64,000 nucleotides of DNA from Octopus vulgaris. Taxonomy: Eukaryota. The translations under genes and the position numbers were made by a program. Positions within the stretch are counted from its first letter, which is position 1. The number at the start of each line of letters is the position of its first letter. Below, piece by piece: positions 27,728 through 41,453 of this stretch. Location: NCBI GenBank assembly GCA_951406725.2, contig OX597838.1, positions 868,001-932,000 of the forward strand, written 5' to 3'. The notes beneath the pieces were generated by a model that saw nothing but the letters and a program-made list of their open reading frames with translations, made no database searches and was not told the DNA's origin.

Positions 27728-27765
27728 TATATTGTGAAACGGTAAATTTACAAACCATATATATG

Positions 27766-27800
<35 letters not shown>

Positions 27801-28466
27801 CCGAATGGACACTTAAAATTTTTTACAAATAACTATGACCCAAACAAAATCCAATAAACATATTAGCAATTCCACCTGGGCCCCAAACCCCCATTAGTGA
27901 TGCAAGACACTCCGAGATTCTCTCGTGAAAGACACAGATTTCGCCAATCAATAAACAGAAATTTAATTAGCTTAACAAGCCCAGTAAACGCATACCCCCC
28001 ACACACACACACACCTTAAACGTGCCTTTAAACCTCTCAATCTTGATCAAGAAAATTCAAACCGCACGTCATAAGGGTCACGCAGTCACTCCCTTATAAG
28101 TGTCAATGCCTTATGAGTTACTCCTAACACCATTAAAAAGGGATTCTTTAATTACTTGAACAGGTAGATAGATACAAAAGGAAATATCGCAACTGATAAC
28201 ATTTAAATTAAATACAAACACGTAAATATATGTAAATATATGTTAATATATGTTAATATACAGTCACCGACAACAATACAGAGCGAAACAGGTGTTTAAC
28301 TGTGGCCAAGACGATATTTGCTCCCAACAACATCACACCAGTTGAACATCAACGATTTGAAATACAATATTGAACGCTTGCAACATTGCTGATCAACGAA
28401 ACAATCTTGAAGTATACAAAATTGATTCGATTAAAATTGATACATTATATATATATATATATGATT

Positions 28467-28720
28467 TTTTTTGCGTAATGCGATAAAAAAAAACCCAAGG
28501 CTGTATAGATATTAGACCATTTATAGATAGAAGGTCTTACAGCTGTTTCTAGGATATTAATTAATAATATCCCTTCTTCGGAGACGGTGTGAGAGTCATA
28601 GTTAGTTTCGATGTGATACAAATAGAGAGTGACGTGGAGGAAAGAAAATAGATGTAGGATATCTATAAATGCTCTAATATCTATACAGCCTTGGGTTTTT
28701 TTATCTCATTACGCAAAAAA
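28467..28720. mobile_element. Fold-back element (~60-bp inverted arms) enclosing a hammerhead motif
   Basis: 28467-28529 is approximately the reverse complement of 28660-28720. Confidence 0.8.
28534..28585 (-). ncRNA. Minimal type-I hammerhead ribozyme motif (U4C variant)
   Basis: Minus strand GTCT-CCGAAGA-A-GGGATATT-attaatt-AATATCCT-A-GAAACAGCTGTA-AGAC: 4-bp helix I, 8-bp helix II, palindromic helix III, GUA site. Confidence 0.7.
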
Positions 28721-28864
28721 TTCTTATATACACACGCTGACATAGAACCAGCGTTGAACCCTTTATTTGCAATATTACCGAATCTGGAACTTAACTATGG
28801 TCTGCCTATAGCACTTATTCAGCATTCCCTGACACCTTTGGGTCTCAATGACACCATTATCTCT

Positions 28865-28950
<86 letters not shown>

Positions 28951-29111
28951 AATAGACAAACCTTATAAAAATAAGACGAAAAAATTAGAGATATCCAGAC
29001 ATGCCGTTCACAACTACAAATTCAAATAAAATAAATATCATTGCACAAAAAAAGTCAAACAGATCGAAATAAAATATCTGGGAAGAGACACAAAGAAGAA
29101 ACCAACGACCA

Positions 29112-29341
29112 CACCAACAACAAATATTATTTTTTACTCTAGGCACAAGGTCCGAAACTTTTAGAGAGAAGGCTAGTCGATTAGATCGACCCCAGTACGC
29201 AACTGATACTTAATTTATCGACCCCAAGGTAAAGTCGAATTTGAACTCAGCACGTAAAAAAAAAGAGGAAATACCTCTAAGCATTCCGTCCGGCGTGCTG
29301 ACGTTTCTGCTAGCTCGCCGCCTTCACCAACAACAAATATT
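29112..29341 (-). mobile_element. SINE family B, complete, with 17-bp target-site duplication
   Basis: CACCAACAACAAATATT at 29112-29128 and 29325-29341 flanks the element; head reverse complement is AAGGCGGCGAGCTAGCAGAAACGTCAGCACGCCGG. Confidence 0.92.
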
Positions 29342-29374
29342 TAACAAACAATCACATCGAGCTGATAAGTTCTC

Positions 29375-29409
29375 GCCTGAAGATTGCAGTTGCATGAAAC
29401 TCGGGTCGT
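29375..29409 (+). ncRNA. Minimal hammerhead ribozyme motif
   Basis: GC-CTGAAGA-TTGCA-GT-TGCAT-GAAACTCGGGTC-GT: intact core, near-palindromic helix III, GUC site, helix I only 2 bp. Confidence 0.55.
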
Positions 29410-29436
29410 ATTATAAACCTCCAGTTAAAAAAAATA

Positions 29437-29483
<47 letters not shown>

Positions 29484-30340
29484 GCGTGTGTGTGTGTGTA
29501 CATGTATAAAAGGGGTTATGTACATGGGGAGTGAAAGCGTGGAAGCTCTGATGTCCGTCAGTAGGGAAGTGTAATGCGTGATGACTGACCTGCGAACGCC
29601 ACAGCCACTTTCTTCTGGACTAAATAATTCAACAATTGTCTACCCTATGAGATGTATTTATGCCCAGAATATCAAGGTCTACAACTACAGCCTACACTTC
29701 GACTCTTCACCACCACCGCCAGCAACAATAGTAAAACCTTCAACAGCAGCAACAGCAACAACATTGCTGTTGTATATCCGACAGAAACACATTAGAATAA
29801 TCGGTTTACATCGCGGTTTCAAATTTCATTTGCGCTGATTTTCACCCTCCTGGGTTTGATTAAGTACCAGTGACATAATGAGGGAGGGCCACTAAGCCAG
29901 TTGCTTTTATTGTTTATAAATATTAAGGGTCTGTACTGATGCAGCTGTTGGTGAAGGGGTGTGGTGGTGGGATGGGGTTGGTAGTCATGGTGATGGAGGA
30001 ATGGTGTTGCTGCTGCTGATGATGATGATGATGATAGTGCTGGTGATTGTGATGGTGTAGGAAGTCAATAAAAACAACCATGTTTACTTTCATAACATTA
30101 TTAACAATGATGATGATGATGATGATGATGATTATGACGACGGCGGTGTGGTGGTGGCGGTGGTGGTGGTGGTGGTGGTTGTGGTGGTGGTGGTGGTGGT
30201 GGTGGTTGTGGTGGTGGTGGTGGCGGCGGCTTTGGCGAAAGTGGTGATTTTGGAAATGAATTCAAGCTGATTGTTATTTTGTGCAATCACTACGGAATTG
30301 TATGTGAAGTAATGATTGTGTGTGTGTGTGTGTGTACATG

Positions 30341-30386
<46 letters not shown>

Positions 30387-31508
30387 TGTGTATATTTTTA
30401 TACATATGTGTGTGAAATAGGAAAAAGTTGATATTGAAGTGGGTGAGATCCGAGCTTGTGGGGGAAGGAAGAAGATGGGGTGGGGGTACACTGAAAGAAG
30501 TGGGTTAGACGGATGTATGGGTGCTGGAAGGGTGTGGAGAGGTGAGTGTGTTGTTGGTAGTGACCTCTGGAGGTCGTTGTAGCGTCCAGCATCTGCGGTC
30601 GGCTATAAACGCTTGTCATCAGCGGCAACTGTTTGTAAGAAATCATGTAGAACAGAGTCGTTAGACGGATAAATAATTATGGGACGCAACACCCCCACCC
30701 ACACCACCACCACCACCACCATCGGGCCCCTCCTTCCACACAATACTACCACTACTACTACTACAACAATCGCAACCACACAATATCACCACCACTACCA
30801 TCCCCAGCACCAACACAACCGCAGCCACCACCACCACCACCACCACCACCAAAACCACTACCAACAACAACAACAACAGCATAATCACCACCGCTACCCC
30901 ACCCCACCCTCACAGACTGTTCTGTAAAACTCACGGTGGATGAACGCAGTGAATGGCCTTTAATTAAAGACATCGACAGCAGCGCCACCTAAAAGACCTC
31001 TGACTAAATTGAATAGTTCCCCCTCTCCCCTTCACGCTATCTCCAACTCATACTATACCCCTCTGTATGAACATACACTACACCTTCCCCTTCCCCACCG
31101 TGTCTTTTTTTTTAGCTTTATTTCCATCTATGCATAATCACACACTGTTTTCTCTCACTCTCTTTTTCTCTTTATATATATCTAAATACATATACATACA
31201 TATATATATAATAGTACATATATATATATATATATATATACATACATGTACACACACACACACGAAGCTGTGTGTATTTGTCTATCCACCCAACCATATA
31301 TTTGAAAATATTTTTCTATGTTGATGGCGGTGGGAGAAGAAGTGGGGGAGGGGGGCGAGCAGACAGAATGAACTTAGTTTGGAGTTTTTCAGGATTCAGC
31401 ACAGAAAGAAACGTCCTCATTTCGTTTGCCGTTTCACCCATTCCACAATGTTATAACTGTTTTATGACTAAAACATTGTACACAGCTTAGAAAGTGAAAT
31501 GACCAGCA

Positions 31509-31522
31509 CTGCCCCCTGCTGG
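31509..31522 (-). promoter_or_regulatory. CTCF-like motif
   Basis: Reverse complement CCAGCAGGGGGCAG, close to the CTCF core consensus. Confidence 0.5.
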
Positions 31523-31639
31523 CAAATGTTTTGAAAAGACACAATGACTTCTTGTCTGGTGTGAATCTGACAAAGTTGACTTTTGTATCATTTATCTCAA
31601 CAACGTGTCTACATTGTTGTGGCCTCACTCACAACACTA

Positions 31640-32830
31640 CATCACAACCACGCTACGCCCAATATGTCCCCCACTTCCAACGCTGTCTTGTGGCCTCTTT
31701 CCATCTGACAAGTGATGTGCAAGGCCCTACCAGCGGAGGCGTCCTTCTTGCAGCAGAACAAGTTTATCCGTGAGGCATTGTAGTTGCAGCTCCGGGCGAG
31801 TCGCCAGCATCATCTGCGAACAGCACCATTCTGATGAGTGTTTTGGTTTCTGTCTTCAGTCGAGACAAACTGACAGTTTCCCGTTTGATCTTGTGTGAAG
31901 ATGAACACAATCAGTTGATGTTCCAAAGGCATGAATTAGTGAGAAAGCAAAAACGAAGCTGAACAGAGCAAGAGCGAGCCCGTAGCCCTGTCTCACCCCA
32001 ATGCGAATGGTGAAAGATGCTGAGGAAGAGTCATCGAATTAAATTATGCTTTTCGTGTCTGCGTGGAGGGACCGAATAATGCTGAACAACTACGGAGGGC
32101 ACCTAATTTTGGCATGGATTTTGAACAAGCCGCCTCTGCTTACAAGGTCGAAGGTATTTTTTGAAGCAACTGACAGCGGTTATCTTTCTTGCAGTTTTCG
32201 AAAGGAAAAGATCATGCAAAATGTGTGATGATCTAGCGTGAAACGTTACTGAGAGTCGGGGTATAACCTGTCAGCGGTTTTCTGCTGTCTGTGTAGGGAC
32301 ACACGAGGGAAGGCCTCCCCAGCCATGCTCAGACAGGAGATTCCTCTCAAAATGATGTAATCACTTCTATTTCCTTTGTTCTTACAGTCTCCCCTATCCT
32401 ATGGCATTGCTCCCTCTCTCCAGTACTGGCACATCAGTTTATCTAAGTGGCAAAGCAAGAAGGTCTTTGCACATTTGATGGCCTCTGGTGGAATACCATC
32501 CAATCCTGGTATGTAAAGATAATCAATAGCCTTACTCAGTTCTTCAGCAATCGGCAATGTATCCAGTTCCTTCATCACTGGTAAACATTCCATGGTGCCA
32601 AGCACACTGTCCAAGAGAATATCTTTTGTGGAGTAAAGTTTGAAGCAATACTCGAACCAGCTTTTCACTTGCTCGCCTTTATCTGAGCAAGTTTCTCCAA
32701 CTATCTTCAAAGTTTGAAAGAAATTTGTCAGAGAAATTCTTCCTCTGAGTCTTATATTAAACGTAATATCGCCGCCAGGTTTAACAGCGCCATCTGACCT
32801 TCGACTGTTTGCTTTCTGCCGTTTACTGGG
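31640..32830 (-). mobile_element. Decayed RTE-clade LINE including RT domain
   Basis: ELSKAID...PGLDGIPPE..., RGISCLS, FDLVSR, GVRQG, VLFADDA (~31808-31828) and WKWGH; many stops and frameshifts. Confidence 0.9.
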
Positions 32831-32939
32831 TTGTGGGTATACAGTTCTACTGAAACCAAGGCTCCAGTCTTCAGACTTCTGTGGTTTATATTCCAAAAAG
32901 AGATCACGTGGGCAACAAGGGGAAATGACACCACTGCCG

Positions 32940-33130
32940 TGTGTGCATGTGTGGGTATGTGTATGTGTGAGTATATGCGTGCATGTGGGTGTGCATTGTG
33001 ACTATGTGTGTGTGTATATGCGTGTGCATGTGTGGGTATGTGTGGGTATGGGAAGGGTATGTGTGCATGTGTGGGTATGTGTGTGTATGGGAATGGTATG
33101 TGTGCATGTGTGTAGATGTGTGGCGGTATT
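32940..33130. repeat. ~36-39-bp minisatellite (GTGTGCATGTGTGGGTATGTGTG...)
   Basis: 3-4 imperfect tandem units. Confidence 0.75.
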
Positions 33131-33456
33131 TGCGTGTATGTGTGTGTAGATGTGGCTGTGCGTGTGTGAATGTGTGCTGGGCGCGTCTTCTGTTCGTTGG
33201 TGCAAGTCATGTGTTAATATGTGTGTGTATTTGCATTCGTGAGTCTACGGGTCTGTATGTGTGTGTGTGTGTGTGTGTGTACGTGTGTACGTGCGTGACT
33301 ATGTATGAGTGTATATCTGTGTTGAGTCGACATGTGTGCGCATGCGTATGCGCCCCTGCCTTTGTGTTGTATGTGTGCGCGTGCGCATTTGTGTTCTGCT
33401 CGTAAACATTCTAAGAAAAACAATAATGAAAGTTTATTTGTCCAACATAACCGAGA

Positions 33457-33500
<44 letters not shown>

Positions 33501-33506
33501 ATACTA

Positions 33507-33538
<32 letters not shown>

Positions 33539-33660
33539 ACTACTACTACTACAATTTCCATCACTACCACCACCACATATGTGTATATACGTCAATAAGT
33601 GTGCGTATGTGTGTGAGTGAGTGTGTGTATGTGTGTGTATGTGTGTGTGTATGTGTGTGT

Positions 33661-33719
<59 letters not shown>

Positions 33720-33756
33720 TGATGTTCGGTTTTAGTTTCAGTCTCCTATCTGCCCG

Positions 33757-33770
33757 GTTTCCATGGCAAC
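33757..33770. promoter_or_regulatory. RFX X-box
   Basis: GTTTCCATGGCAAC within the near-palindrome CCGGTTTCCATGGCAACCGG. Confidence 0.55.
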
Positions 33771-34208
33771 CGGCTATAAGTTTAGTTTAGTGATCCATCG
33801 ATTATGGAAGAAAATGGAGAAGACAGTGGTTCTTACAGATTGGATCTTGATGGGATCTTGGTGTTGGTTGAGGGGCGGGGGCGGAAGAGGGCGGCGCTGG
33901 GAGGAGGAGGAGGCGAGGGTATTGTCGTTGGTTGGAGATCCAGACAATGAAATAATGTTATGTTTGTTTGGGAATCTGTGGATATGGGGGCGGGGTGGAT
34001 AGAAGTGTGTGTGTGTGTGTGTGTGTGTGTGTATTGCATATATATATATATATATATACATATATATATGCATGTATGTATAAATCTGTATGTATGTATG
34101 CATGTATGTGTGTATGTGTATGTATGTATAAATTTGTTGATTCACCAGAAGCAATAAATTACAGGACTCAATACAAGTGTGTGTGTGAGTGATTGAGTGA
34201 GTGTGTGA

Positions 34209-34281
<73 letters not shown>

Positions 34282-34385
34282 GTTGGTATATTTAAATGCA
34301 AAAACCAGCAGATGACATTCCCTAAAAATGGATCCCATCTACAAGTAACATACGGAAGTTACATTAGATAAAACAGAGTGACAAT

Positions 34386-34420
34386 GACTTCGAAGTTTCG
34401 CCTCGAAAGGTTCGTCAGGC
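34386..34420 (-). ncRNA. Hammerhead core motif with palindromic helix III
   Basis: Minus strand CTGACGA-A-CCT-TTCG-AGG-C-GAAACTTCGAAGTC: intact core, UUCG loop, perfect palindrome ACTTCGAAGT, GUC site; helix I not evident. Confidence 0.55.
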
Positions 34421-34522
34421 GAACCGTCCTCAACGAATATTTGAAGTGACAGTCAATCTGTCACTTTTGTATTACTCGATTGACAGTCATTTATGGAGTG
34501 GACAAAATACTACACGACAATT

Positions 34523-34909
34523 AGTTACGGGTCTTTACGTTCTGAGTTCAAATTTCGCCGCAGTCGACTTTTACTTTTCATTCGGACTCGATAAAATAAA
34601 GTACCAGTCAAGTACAGATATCGTTGCAATTCACTGACCCCCAGCACCACCACCTAGTAAAATTGGTGACTTGGTGCCAAAGTTTCAAACAATTAAGGTG
34701 GTGAATTTGCAAGATTGTTGGTGCGTCGAACAAAATGCTTATTGGGTTTTTTGTGGTTTTACTTTCTAAGTTCAAATTCTGCCGAGGTGGACTTTACCTT
34801 ACATCCTTTCAGGGTTGATAAAAATAAGTACCAGTTGAATATTGGGGCCGATGTAAGCGACTAGTCCCCTCCCACCAAAATTTAAGGCCATGTCCCTATC
34901 GTAGACAGG

Positions 34910-34912
<3 letters not shown>
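34523..34912 (+). mobile_element. Two tandem SINE family B copies (34523-34692, 34696-34912) with (ATT)n tail
   Basis: AGTTCAAATT...GATAAAA(A)TAA(A)GTACCAG occurs twice head-to-tail. Confidence 0.85.
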
Positions 34913-34945
<33 letters not shown>

Positions 34946-35474
34946 GAAGTTCTTCCTCTGTTTATCATTAAATTTTTACTCTAAATCTGAAATATTTCCT
35001 TATTCTTTAATGAACTCTTTGCTAAATACTTTGCACAAAATAAATACTTCATTAAAATGCCAGGTAATATAATCCCATAACTGCCTTATCTTTCCCTTTG
35101 TGTGTCTGTGTGTGTGAGTGCGCGCGCGCCAACCTGCGGTTAACTTTCGCCGTAGAAGGCTCGTCCAACAACTTGCTTTGTCAGCTTCCTTCGAATAAAC
35201 TTTGAAATTACAGTAAATTTTATAAAACAATATTTTACTCTAAATCATGTATTGAATCCGTTTTTAGAGTAATGTCTGTAGTTTTACTCATTAAAAAAAT
35301 ATTAATAAGCACACACACACACACACACACATACGTACAGCAGAGAAGACATGACTGTACGTAATTTTTAAAAATTACGTTAATATTCAAAAATTTAGTG
35401 ATTTTTATGTTTTATTATTGCACAAAATCAACTTTTGTGCATGTATGCACATACACACACATATATATATATGT

Positions 35475-35577
<103 letters not shown>

Positions 35578-35630
35578 ATTATATATACTTATACGATTAT
35601 AATTAATTTTATTGTATCGCATTTATCTTT

Positions 35631-35677
<47 letters not shown>

Positions 35678-35693
35678 TATACTTACACACACA

Positions 35694-35740
<47 letters not shown>

Positions 35741-35747
35741 ACACGCA

Positions 35748-35789
<42 letters not shown>

Positions 35790-36634
35790 CACGGGTGTAT
35801 ATGATTGTTATATGATTGTTATATACGAATATATTTTCTTGTATGCGACTATATTTGTATTTTGATGACTGTGTGTGTGTGTGTGTTCATAGTTATAAGA
35901 GTGTATGTTATATAAATTTATCTTATGCTTGTGTGCTTGCGTACGTTTCTACACATGTGTATATATGTGTGCGTATATGTATACGTGTGTGATTGCTGTC
36001 GTTATATGTGTTGATATGTGTGAGTAATGTTATGAGGGCAATTGTACGGCTGTGTGTGTATGTCTGTGTTTAAACTATGTGTGTGTTTATGCGTGCGAGT
36101 GTGTGTGAATGTGTGTGGATGTGTGTGTATGTGAGTGTGTGTGTGTGTGTGTGTGAGTGCGTGAATATTTACATTTATAGTCGCCATGTTATCTAAACGT
36201 TGATGGGAGGGCAGTGGTGGTGGTGGTGGAGGTGGAGGAATGATGCACGGCGGGGGGTGGTCGTAGGGGTGCCGTGGTTGCTGGGTGGGTAGGTGGGTGG
36301 ACGCAGTTGCAATGGTCGGCCAGGAAAGGGAGAAGAGAGAGGAAAACGGGAGGTGAGTATTGTGTACATGAAACATACACATCCATCATATGAGACACAC
36401 ACACACACATACACACACATACACACACGCTTACACACGCACGCACGCGCGCACTCTACACTAAAACGGCAAAAGATTTATTAATATTTTATCTTCGTTG
36501 CTAGTTTGAATCATTCGTTGTTGTTGCTGTTTGATGATGATGATGATGATGATGATGATTGTGATGGAGATTATGGCATTGACGAAGATGATAATGATGA
36601 TGATGGTGATGACAATGAAGATCAAGATGATGCT

Positions 36635-36673
<39 letters not shown>

Positions 36674-36777
36674 GTGATTGTGAAGTTTAGTTTTAAAGCT
36701 AAGCTACACAAATACTCATTCATTTCTCTCTCTCAGTGTGTGTGTGTGCGTCAATATATATATCTCTCTCTCTCTCT

Positions 36778-36835
<58 letters not shown>

Positions 36836-37661
36836 AAGTTATTATTATAAATAAAATAAGTGGTTTGCAAGCATAAATAACCAAAGAGGTAAAACTATTA
36901 ATTTTTAATCAGGGTCCTAGATAGGACACAGCATTGCTAGAAATAGGAGTCCAAACGGCTCAAGTAAATCACTTATACACACTGGTGAATTCAAGCAAAA
37001 CGAGTATTTAATAAGCCGTCTTACCATAGCGAGTGTTTGGGGAGGAATGTATAATATGCATATCTGAAACTACAACAGTTGTCATTTGCAATCCCAGATG
37101 ATTTGGTATCATGATGTAGCAATAATTTTGCTAAATATTTTCGATGCTGCTGCAGTCTGGAACCGTCCCAGAAGGGTATCAAAGATGTACCAGCCAGAGA
37201 ATAGTGGCGGGGTGGCGGTGAAATTGAACTCTGGAAAGACTGAGGACAATGCATTCTACCCAGCAATCAAACGATTCTATCAATCGACCAACTAAAATAA
37301 TATAAACCACTCTGGTTTCTATATTAGATTTTATTCCTCCTATTTGTGCGCGCGTGTGTGTCTATGTAATTGTGTGTGTGTATGTGTGTGTGTATGTACA
37401 TATACATATAAGTATGTATGTAAGCATGCATACATTTATGTATACACATAAAATATCACAAAAACTCTGAGTAACAGTCTTTGTGATATTTTTGCTGCTT
37501 TTGAATAAAGCCTATTACTCTACCTCTGGTATTTGAGTACTATTTTTCTTCTACCTTGTTTCGCATTTATGTGCTTAGTCTAGCGTGTGTGTATATATAT
37601 GGCAAATGAAAGACGGAAGATGGAAGATAGATAGATTTGTACACACACACACATACATACA

Positions 37662-37736
<75 letters not shown>

Positions 37737-37754
37737 CCATAAACGGCTTGAGAG

Positions 37755-38480
37755 ACCGGACATGCCTTCAGCCAGATTTGTCTGTTGTTGTCCAATGGGC
37801 AGTAAAAAAACAATAAGCTTTTAAATGAAGATAAGTTTGATTTGATCCACTTTGGGAAGGAGGAAACTCTGAAATCCCCATATGCTCAGGCTATTCGCCA
37901 GTGTCATCCTACAATACCAGAGACCTTGGAGTAATTGTTGATAACAATCTAAGCTGGATTTCCCACGTACACAGCAAGGTTGATTTGGCCCGCAGGATGT
38001 GCTCCTGGATTATGAGAACTTTCTGGTCTAGAGATGCCTACACCATCATCCTTCTCTACTTTTGCCCGACCCCACCTTGAATACTGTTGCCTACTGTTGT
38101 CCCCCATACAAAGCAACTCATTATGAAAGTAGAAGCACTCCAGAGGTCCATAACAAGAAAGATAGACGGCATGAGAGGCATTGATTATTGGGGTCGACTC
38201 ACGCCACAATTAATTTACCTCAAGTGGTCTAGCGCTTTTTAATACCATACCAAAATGCGTCAAAACGGAAACGGATCCTATAAAATTCAAAAGTGTACTG
38301 AACAAATTTCTTCAAAAAATCCCGGAACAAGATCCTACATCCGGATATGTCTCCAACAATAATAACTCTTTGTTAGTGTGGACTATGACGCCCCATCTAT
38401 GACTAAAAGACTCCACCAAGTGGTGCTATTGAGTAAGACATGGCCTGGGCCTATACTGGCCGAAACCTATCAATGTTATC
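37755..38480 (+). mobile_element. CR1-group LINE, 3' fragment
   Basis: LQPDL...WAVKN...NEDKF...RDLGVIVDNNLSW...RPHLEYCC...EALQRSITRKIDGMRGIDYWGRL...KFLQKIPEQ. Confidence 0.88.
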
Positions 38481-38484
38481 AAAG

Positions 38485-38525
<41 letters not shown>

Positions 38526-38591
38526 ATATGGGGCAATATTATTCCAAACTTACGGGGTAAAATTCAATTTAGAAATACTAAATCAAATTTC

Positions 38592-38630
<39 letters not shown>

Positions 38631-38635
<5 letters not shown>

Positions 38636-38882
38636 TAGAAAAAAACACACCTTTTATCAATTCAAAGTGAAAAATTAAATTACACCATATCTAGAAAATT
38701 ACATATTAAAGATTAAATATAAAATAAAAAAATATACCTTTTATTTATTATCTTGTACATTACTTAATCATCGCTATATATTCTATCATATATTTAATCT
38801 TTCTATTATATGCAATTTTCGAGATGGTGTAATTTAATTTTTCATTTTGAATTGATACAAGGTGATCTTTTTTTCTAATTTA
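38631..38882. repeat. AT-rich fold-back element with ~90-bp imperfect inverted arms, embedded in (TA)n
   Basis: TAAATTAGAAAAAAACACACCTTTTATCAATTCAAAGTGAAAAATTAAATTACACCAT... is mirrored by ...ATGGTGTAATTTAATTTTTCATTTTGAATTGATACAAGGTGATCTTTTTTTCTAATTTA. Confidence 0.85.
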
Positions 38883-38906
38883 TATATTATATATATTTAT
38901 ATACAT

Positions 38907-39004
<98 letters not shown>

Positions 39005-39027
39005 GAAGAGTAAATATTCATATATAT

Positions 39028-39123
<96 letters not shown>

Positions 39124-39130
39124 TATACAC

Positions 39131-39177
<47 letters not shown>

Positions 39178-40489
39178 GTAGGGTTAATACCTAAGCTGTG
39201 TATCTTGAAGCACATCTGTTTGTTCCAGTATTCCAGTTTCGTGTCTAGATGTCATACACCATGCTCAAGAGTTGAACATTCTGGAAATATTGTTTGAAGA
39301 GTAATTATAGATCAAAACAGGATTCGAAAAACATTTCTTGGATTTTATATATTCTCCATTACACATGTTTCATTTGTTAATAGGAGTTACAAAATCGTAC
39401 ATGAAGTAGAAACATGTAAGATATTTCCTTTTAGAAATTTTTCAGACATAAAATCAAATAATGCACAATTTACATTTGGATGAAGTGTTTACTTATTTCA
39501 GTCATTGGACGGCGACCATACTGGAGGACCGACTTGTACAGTTGGTTAAACAAATAAACTTCAGTACATATTTTAAACCGTGCTGATGTCAGTGGAATTC
39601 GAACTCAGGGCACAGAATCGAAATGAATACATGAGTTATTCTGTCACATCGCCGCCGCCGCCGCCATCTTTGGCTGTTTCTAAAGGAATCTCGTAGAATT
39701 TTGTCTTCCAAAGAGTTGACTCCTGAATAACAAGGGACACCAATGCAACAAAGGATCTATGTTGGATCGATTCAATGTGTGAGTGGCACTTTGTGACCCG
39801 CGGCACCAATGAACAATGGCACAATTCCCAACTGTTTGGTTAACAAGTGAAACCGGGTTAGAGGCTAAAATGTCTTGTCATTTTTGGCGGAATCTTCCAA
39901 ATTCCTCTTCATTCATCCCGTCTCTCCGCCACCATCATCCCCACCACGCCATTCTTGTCCTCCTCATCATCCTCCTCCCTATATATATTCTCATTGCTAT
40001 TTCACATTTATCACTTCTTCCCCCCTCTCTCCCTCCCACTCTTCCCCCTTTATCCTTATTTACAATAAAAACTATTTCCCTCTCTAATTGAAACCTCCAT
40101 CACCACCACCACCACCACCACCGCCATCGTCCCCATCATCACCACCACCAACACTGCCACCGTCACACTCATTACTACTGCTTCAACCACCACAGCAACA
40201 ACAACAACAGCTAAAACTCCTCTACCCAACAACGTTGCACTACACCCACAACCACCACAACCACTACCACCACAACCACTCTCCTATTGCTCCAGTCCCA
40301 CCCACCCGCCCATCCACCCAACTACATAACTATCACCGCAAATCACCTCCACCGCCATCACCACCACCCTCCTCCCACCCTCAACTCTAACCACTGACTT
40401 CACACCTCTTCCTTCTCCTCCTCCCACCACCACATTACATTATAAATGTCCCACTATTTACACATCTCATTTATTATTCAGATTTCGCA

Positions 40490-40529
<40 letters not shown>

Positions 40530-40713
40530 CACACACACACACATGCGCATGTATGCACACACTGATGCACAAACGCAGATATGCATTATCTTACAGATGC
40601 ACATGCAAACATACATTTTCACATGGAAATGCTAGCACACACACACACACACACACATATATAAACACACATATCTTTATTTGTGTATATATGAATGTAT
40701 GTATATTTACATA

Positions 40714-40798
<85 letters not shown>

Positions 40799-40869
40799 GT
40801 ATACATATGTGTGTGTGTGTGTGCATATATATGCGCGTAGTGTAAGTGTGTATATATATGTACACATAT

Positions 40870-41090
40870 GTATGTATACATGTATGTATGTATGTATGTA
40901 TGTATGTATGTATGTATGTATGTATGTATGTATGTATGTATGTATGTATGTATGCATGCATGTATGTGTGTATGTATACATGTATGTATGTATGTATGTA
41001 TGTATGTATGTATGTATGTATGTATGTATGTATGTATGTATGTATGTATGTATGTATGTATGTATGTATGTATGTATGTATGTGTGTATG
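40870..41090. repeat. (TATG)n microsatellite
   Basis: Visible; followed by a ~105-bp (TG)n tract at 41346-41450. Confidence 0.95.
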
Positions 41091-41343
41091 TCGCACCGTC
41101 GGGAAGCACAATTCCGATGATGGGCATTGTGTGCCAGAGACAAAGAGAGAGCGAGTGAGAGGGGGAGAGACAGACAGACAGACATGACAGGCATTTGTCA
41201 CTACGAATAAAGAGTACAGTATGTGTCACAGCGGGTGTGGGAGGCACAGTGTGTCTCATTTTTGTCCCAAACTACAAAGATACATAATGAATTGTACTTT
41301 GTAACAAACTGATTGTCTGTGTTTATTGTGTGGTTGCGTGTAT

Positions 41344-41453
<110 letters not shown>

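Noticed and set aside
31776-31789. 14-nt match to miR-33 (GCATTGTAGTTGCA)
   Set aside because: 5' end and 3' end differ, no hairpin, and it lies in an RTE relic.
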